A stretch of 64,000 nt of DNA from a virus, in the IMG/VR virus record IMGVR_UViG_3300045919_000302, positions 64,001 through 128,000 of that record; one strand, written 5' to 3'. Below are positions 59,731 through 64,000 of this stretch, one piece after another (position 1 is the stretch's first letter; the number at the start of each line of letters is the position of its first letter). The notes under the pieces were generated by a model. The model was given only the letters and a program-made list of their open reading frames with translations. It did no database searches and had not been told where the DNA came from. The position numbers and the translations under genes are program-made.

Positions 59731-60596
59731 GCCTGCTCCTTGTAATGGTTGATGGTTTTTTTAAGGTCAGAGAAGAATTCGTTCTTGTCGTAAGACGGAA
59801 GGAGCCAGCGCTCTGTATCCTCAGTGCGATCAAGAGCGGAGCTGCGTGATGGCTCCGGCCGAGTGACAACAAGCCCGGGGTTGGCACCCACCATTCCATA
59901 AACCGCGTGCGCCAGGAGTCCATCTTGAATGGGGTCCGTTCCGGTCAGGTGGACGAGCGTGCCAGGAGGGACGAACGGAGCCACGCAAAGGACATTAAGG
60001 AAGTCGCAGACGTGATCGATGTAGACCCACTGTCTGCTTGCGACTCCGCGCAGATTGACGCCCACACCGCGCTTTGCGCATTCGATCAAACGTGGCAGGT
60101 AGCCGTTAGTCTGCCCAGGGCCGAAAATGTTGACACTTCTCACGGTAATGACTGGAAGATCGAGCGACGTCACATAAACCGAAGCGAGGAGTTCCTGGGC
60201 AGCTTTGGTCGCGCCGAAAAGTGTCGCTGGACTGTGGGAGCGGGATTCGCTTCGGTCAATTCCATCTGACCTGACCTCGGCCGAAGACAGAATGATGATC
60301 CGCTGAACACTCTTGATACCGCGCAAGGTATCAAACAACTCAGTCGTACCGAGTACGTTGTCCTGGCAAATATCCCTTGGGAATGGGGAGTAGCTGCCCG
60401 CGAGATGGACTACAGCCTCAACCCCGTCAGCGTGGCTGTTCAGACTGCTGGCCAGATCTTCGAACTCGCCAAGACGGTAGCAAATATCCGCGCCGGGAGT
60501 GCAATCGAGCGTGATGACCTCAACATGTCGCTCTCGGAGAAAGCGAACGAGATTTTTTCCAACAAACCCTTCAGATCCAGTGATCAAAACTTTCAT
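59727..60596 (-). CDS. NAD-dependent epimerase/dehydratase (extended SDR), catalytic Tyr replaced
   Basis: ITGSEGFVG, VHLAG, NVLGT, SSAEV, FGATK, NIFGPGQ, RQWVYIDH. Confidence 0.85.
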   Translation of the reverse strand: MKVLITGSEGFVGKNLVRFLRERHVEVITLDCTPGADICYRLGEFEDLASSLNSHADGVEAVVHLAGSYSPFPRDICQDNVLGTTELFDTLRGIKSVQRIIILSSAEVRSDGIDRSESRSHSPATLFGATKAAQELLASVYVTSLDLPVITVRSVNIFGPGQTNGYLPRLIECAKRGVGVNLRGVASRQWVYIDHVCDFLNVLCVAPFVPPGTLVHLTGTDPIQDGLLAHAVYGMVGANPGLVVTRPEPSRSSALDRTEDTERWLLPSYDKNEFFSDLKKTINHYKEQA

Positions 60597-60659
60597 GCAA
60601 CCCCTTACGATTTGTGAGGTGATTACATCACAAAAAGTAAATCAGTCGCAAGTCTTGTC

Positions 60660-60701
60660 TTACGAAAAGTCTCGTAAATCGTCTCGTAAGTCTCTTTACG
60701 A
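60660..60701. promoter_or_regulatory. operator array of four TTACGA hexamers at 12-bp period
   Basis: TTACGA 60660, TCGTAA 60672, TCGTAA 60684, TTACGA 60696. Confidence 0.65.
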
Positions 60702-60706
60702 AACGT

Positions 60707-61081
60707 TTAGATGCCGAAGACGTAACACTTAGTCGAAGACCCCGTGGTCAGCGAGAACACCTTTACGCCGCGCTTGTTGGCCCTGCGGAAGACGACTTTG
60801 TCGCCAGGAAGGACAATGCCAGACGTCCTGCGTGCGGGTTGCGGTGGGCTTGTGGCGTTCAGGTAGAACTCGGGGAACTGGAAGGCCAGGGGGTTACTCC
60901 CGGTGTTCTGGATCACCAGCTCCGAGAGACCGACACCGAAGCTAAGGATGTTGTCCTCAGGGCTGTCAGTAGTGGTTAGCTCAGCCGAGCAGAAACTGTA
61001 AGTGCCGAACGAGGTCTGGGTCTGGGCCCCACCCTGTCCGTCGAATACATAAGGCCCAGAGGCCACGAGATTGGTTGCCAT
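60707..61081 (-). CDS. beta-rich hypothetical protein, possibly virion-associated
   Basis: SD AAGGAG; LVIQNTGSNPL; next to the tail gene. Confidence 0.6.
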   Translation of the reverse strand: MATNLVASGPYVFDGQGGAQTQTSFGTYSFCSAELTTTDSPEDNILSFGVGLSELVIQNTGSNPLAFQFPEFYLNATSPPQPARRTSGIVLPGDKVVFRRANKRGVKVFSLTTGSSTKCYVFGI

Positions 61082-61121
61082 GCTTTCTCCTTACGGGGGC
61101 CAGAAACCTGGCGGCCGTAGC

Positions 61122-61304
61122 TTATCCGTTCAAGACCTTCTTCTGGGCAGACTCCGAAACCTGCTTGGAGGAGTGGATGGCCTTGCGGAGTGCGTCAGAA
61201 GTCACGTCATTGACCGACTTCCCTTCACGCTTGGCGATCTCGTACAGCTCCTCGTAGGTCTGCTGATCCACTCCCATAACGTACAACTGATCTTTCTTTT
61301 CCAT
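61122..61304 (-). CDS. ribbon-helix-helix protein
   Basis: LYVMGVDQQTYEELYEIAKREGKSVNDVTSDAL. Confidence 0.7.
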   Translation of the reverse strand: MEKKDQLYVMGVDQQTYEELYEIAKREGKSVNDVTSDALRKAIHSSKQVSESAQKKVLNG

Positions 61305-62057
61305 TTACTGTTTTCTCCCTTGAACAAATTTTTTACCGGTCGAGTTCAGATATCCGGATCCCCAGTAACCATCGAGATCCGAACGATTTGCATATCCCCA
61401 GCTTTTCCCGACCTGGATGATCTCGGCAAATGCGAGACTCACAACGGCGATCCTGGGCCGGCCATTCCGAAAGAACGCCTCGTAGTGAACGTTGCACTCA
61501 GTCATTACTACCGGGATGATATCGAGGTGAAATCCACCCGTAAAGGACGTCAGGCCACTGTTCTCAAGCCAAAGAAGGAGCTTTGGCGGGGCCTGAACGC
61601 GACCCGCCTGATAGAGAGGGTAGGTCTTCGCCCTGAGCCAGGCTATGGCTGCGGCGACATCCATGCCCTTCTGCCCGTTCGGGCTAATGGCTGAGGCCGC
61701 TCCGATCACCGGATTTTTTGCAATACTACTGACTGAATCAGCCGCTTTCTGAAAACTGTCCAATCCGGATTGCCCGCCAGAGAGCGTATTGCCGTTGAAG
61801 TCCGACGTGAAGATCGCTTCAAACGAAATTGTCCGACCGCTTCCGTGAACCCATTGATACAGAGGGTGACTGGACCCGATGACGTTCTTCTCTTGGTAGG
61901 CTGTGGATCGGCTGTCCTGGATCGAGTCAGGATAATGCTGAAAGGCCCGAAACGCATTCGGCTTCTGTTTATCGTTCTGATCCAGCTCAGCGAGGTACGC
62001 CCCAGCATGAAGTCGGTCAGAAGTGCTAATGGATGCGATCGAGCTTGCGATACTCAT
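61305..62057 (-). CDS. contractile-tail tube-initiator/baseplate-type protein
   Basis: FQHYPDSI....G.SHPLYQW..G..RTISFE.IF; PPKLLL; VMTECNVHY..F...G.PRIAVVSLAFAE. Confidence 0.75.
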   Translation of the reverse strand: MSIASSIASISTSDRLHAGAYLAELDQNDKQKPNAFRAFQHYPDSIQDSRSTAYQEKNVIGSSHPLYQWVHGSGRTISFEAIFTSDFNGNTLSGGQSGLDSFQKAADSVSSIAKNPVIGAASAISPNGQKGMDVAAAIAWLRAKTYPLYQAGRVQAPPKLLLWLENSGLTSFTGGFHLDIIPVVMTECNVHYEAFFRNGRPRIAVVSLAFAEIIQVGKSWGYANRSDLDGYWGSGYLNSTGKKFVQGRKQ

Positions 62058-62380
62058 CGAGGTTTCTTTCCTACATCCGGATTATCTTTCCGGATGTCCT
62101 CAATTTTACCATGGGCTTGATTCCACTGGTCAGAAACATTTTGATTATCCTGCTTGCCGCTCTGCTGATCCTGGTTGGTCTTCTCCTCAGAGGCTTGCTT
62201 AGCGAGCTGATCGGCCCTGCTTCTTACCCACCAATAAAATGCGGCTGCGGCCACAACGAATGCGGCCATAAGGATATAACCAGGAACCCCTAAAGCCGTT
62301 AAAGATGAAAGTGAGGTCAGGATCGTACTGAGCTGAGCCAGTGTCTTGTCCGGATCAATCATCATTGAAGAACCCTCCAT
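62054..62380 (-). CDS. membrane protein with polar/coiled C-terminus (spanin- or holin-like)
   Basis: TM helix followed by a Gln/Asn-rich tail. Confidence 0.55.
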   Translation of the reverse strand: MEGSSMMIDPDKTLAQLSTILTSLSSLTALGVPGYILMAAFVVAAAAFYWWVRSRADQLAKQASEEKTNQDQQSGKQDNQNVSDQWNQAHGKIEDIRKDNPDVGKKPR

Positions 62381-63306
62381 TCCTTCGTGTCCCAGATGCT
62401 GATGACGGACCGGCCCTTCACCGTAAGCATCCGGACCACGTGGTGAGCGGTGGGATCAAACTTAAATTTCCCGTGGTCGTTCATTTTCAGCTTTTGATCG
62501 AGCGCAATCACGGAGACGGAAGGGTCTCCAGTTACCAGGACATCTCCGTTCTGGATCTGAACCATCGGGGCGGACAGAGGGATGAATTTTGGATCGTAAT
62601 TCGACACCAAGATGTTCACAAGGAGGTCCTGGTAATCGGGGCTGATCACCACACCCTCCAGTACGCAATGCCCCTGCTGCTTGACGAGCTGGTTCAGTTC
62701 TACGGTCAACTTACCATCAGAGAGGGGTAGCGACTTATCGAACGAAGTCCCGCACCCAGAGAAGACGGCGCGGACAGGGCCGGACCCGCCGACGTCGAGC
62801 GTGACGGGACTGGAGAAGTCTCCAGAGACCTTCTTCTCAAGGCCAACCCAGGACTCCCCGTGTTTGAGTACGCGAATGGCGAGGTACGCCCGGAAGGAGA
62901 ACACCTGGATCGCCTGGCTGCCCTGATGAGGGTATTCGGGACTAACTGTCGCGGTGATCAGGCAGTTGTGTGACGCCGGTCCAGAGATGGGGATCACAAC
63001 AGCCTCGCTGCCGGAGTAGCGCTGGGGGCTTACAGTGATGCCACAATCACGCGATTCCATCGAGATAGTTCCAGCGTAAAAGGTCTGGATCTCAGCGCCG
63101 AGTTTGGACAGATCTTGCCCCTCCTCGATCGAAATCATCGCAAGGCCATTAAAGATTTTCCCGCCTACATGGATCTCGGCAGAATCGTAACCCGCATCGA
63201 TAGCAGGCATCGAAGGATCCGGACGAAGATGCCCACATCCAGAGACCAGCGTACTGATAAAAAGAAGGGACAGGACACGGAGGCCCTGTCCCCAGAGAGT
63301 TTTCAT
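62362..63306 (-). CDS. beta-rich lipoprotein
   Basis: Lipobox LVSGC; paired Cys; lies among membrane genes. Confidence 0.7.
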   Translation of the reverse strand: MKTLWGQGLRVLSLLFISTLVSGCGHLRPDPSMPAIDAGYDSAEIHVGGKIFNGLAMISIEEGQDLSKLGAEIQTFYAGTISMESRDCGITVSPQRYSGSEAVVIPISGPASHNCLITATVSPEYPHQGSQAIQVFSFRAYLAIRVLKHGESWVGLEKKVSGDFSSPVTLDVGGSGPVRAVFSGCGTSFDKSLPLSDGKLTVELNQLVKQQGHCVLEGVVISPDYQDLLVNILVSNYDPKFIPLSAPMVQIQNGDVLVTGDPSVSVIALDQKLKMNDHGKFKFDPTAHHVVRMLTVKGRSVISIWDTKEWRVLQ

Positions 63307-63317
63307 TCCCTCGCTCC

Positions 63318-63611
63318 TCAAGGCTTTTGCGGAACCTTGATCAAGCTGAGCCGATCGAGAATCGGCAGGACATACTTATTCAGTACGCCTTCAGCCTCGT
63401 CGTCATAAGCCTGAAGCTTGGCCGCGAGAGCGACCATTCCGAGCGCTTGCACAACCTTGATTACGGAGTGCCAAACGCCGATCAACGCGGTGACCACAGC
63501 CGACACGATGAGTGCGATGGCTGCGATCTTGGCGAGGACAGGGCCGGCGACCGGGATGGTAGCAACCATCGCGAGAAGAGAATTCAAAAGATCCAACGGA
63601 TTCAAGTTCAT
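63318..63611 (-). CDS. holin-like membrane protein
   Basis: Two hydrophobic segments, SD GAGG. Confidence 0.5.
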   Translation of the reverse strand: MNLNPLDLLNSLLAMVATIPVAGPVLAKIAAIALIVSAVVTALIGVWHSVIKVVQALGMVALAAKLQAYDDEAEGVLNKYVLPILDRLSLIKVPQKP

Positions 63612-63695
63612 AATAACCTCATGGTTTAAGTACAGAGATTACAAAAGTAACACGTGCGCCTCAAACGTCAAACACGCTGCACGATTTGTAATGGG

Positions 63696-63968
63696 CTAAT
63701 GCTTGTGAATGCCTAGGCTGCCTTCGATGCGAGACAGTCTCTCGTCGATTGACACAAGAGTCTTGTCTGAATCCTGAGAGGAAGAATCTCTTTTCTCGAT
63801 TCTAGTTTCCGCAGCTTGGAGGCGGGTCTCTATTTTGGCGGACCAGATCCCAACGGCCATAGCCAGAATGAGTCCGGAACCGCTCGCGGAGAGAAGAATA
63901 AATGCCCACCGAATTGGGATGGTAGCGTGATTGAGCTGAACTGACGGATGACGCTTCTCCATGCTCAT
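63696..63968 (-). CDS. single-TM coiled-coil protein (holin/antiholin-like)
   Basis: TM segment then IETRL...IDERLSRIEG. Confidence 0.55.
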   Translation of the reverse strand: MSMEKRHPSVQLNHATIPIRWAFILLSASGSGLILAMAVGIWSAKIETRLQAAETRIEKRDSSSQDSDKTLVSIDERLSRIEGSLGIHKH

Positions 63969-64000
63969 TCCTACGGGAAGAGGTCGTCAATGACATTGAG

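Noticed and set aside
1-64000. Diversity-generating retroelement, retron or group I/II intron
   Set aside because: No reverse transcriptase motif, no TR/VR repeat pair noticed and no gene split by a non-coding insert; by-eye scanning could miss diverged repeats.

Overview
A 64-kb segment of a large dsDNA tailed phage (or its prophage). Genes are densely packed and almost all on the minus strand, with ATGA/GTGA-coupled overlaps and GC-rich third codon positions. The host is probably Gram-negative (several lipoproteins, a GT9 heptosyltransferase-like domain, a receiver-domain protein), and a contractile-tail tube/baseplate-type gene suggests a myovirus. Contents from the right end: membrane/lysis-like and tail genes (60.7-64 kb); a long accessory region of small early genes, lipoproteins, RusA, a methyltransferase and phosphoesterases (44-60 kb); an intein-containing SNF2 helicase (40.8-43.9 kb); a replication module of initiator, duplicated initiator domain, degenerate DnaC-like loader, DnaB and primase (35.3-39.7 kb); two glycosyltransferases; SSB, an intein-containing SF2 helicase, Gp157 and a Cas4-like exonuclease (25-31.5 kb); two ParB-like proteins, an M15 endolysin, two intact and one remnant PAPS-reductase-fold genes; then many small hypothetical genes (0-17 kb). 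The most striking observation is a dual-coding intein. The 300-aa intein in the SNF2 helicase has no in-frame endonuclease, but it carries a complete Zn-finger/NUMOD3/Vsr(DUF559)-type endonuclease gene in the +1 frame, and the intein's own K-E-G-D-T-L codons supply that gene's Shine-Dalgarno and start codon. Other notable items are a G12-tract frameshifted gene, a phosphoesterase broken by a 6-bp TAG-containing insertion, catalytically degenerate enzymes, recurring phage-specific promoter/operator motifs with apparently leaderless starts, and a nested palindrome upstream of the initiator. I saw no CRISPR array, tRNA, rRNA, reverse transcriptase, integrase or DNA polymerase. All product calls come from motifs recognised by eye; no database search was run.
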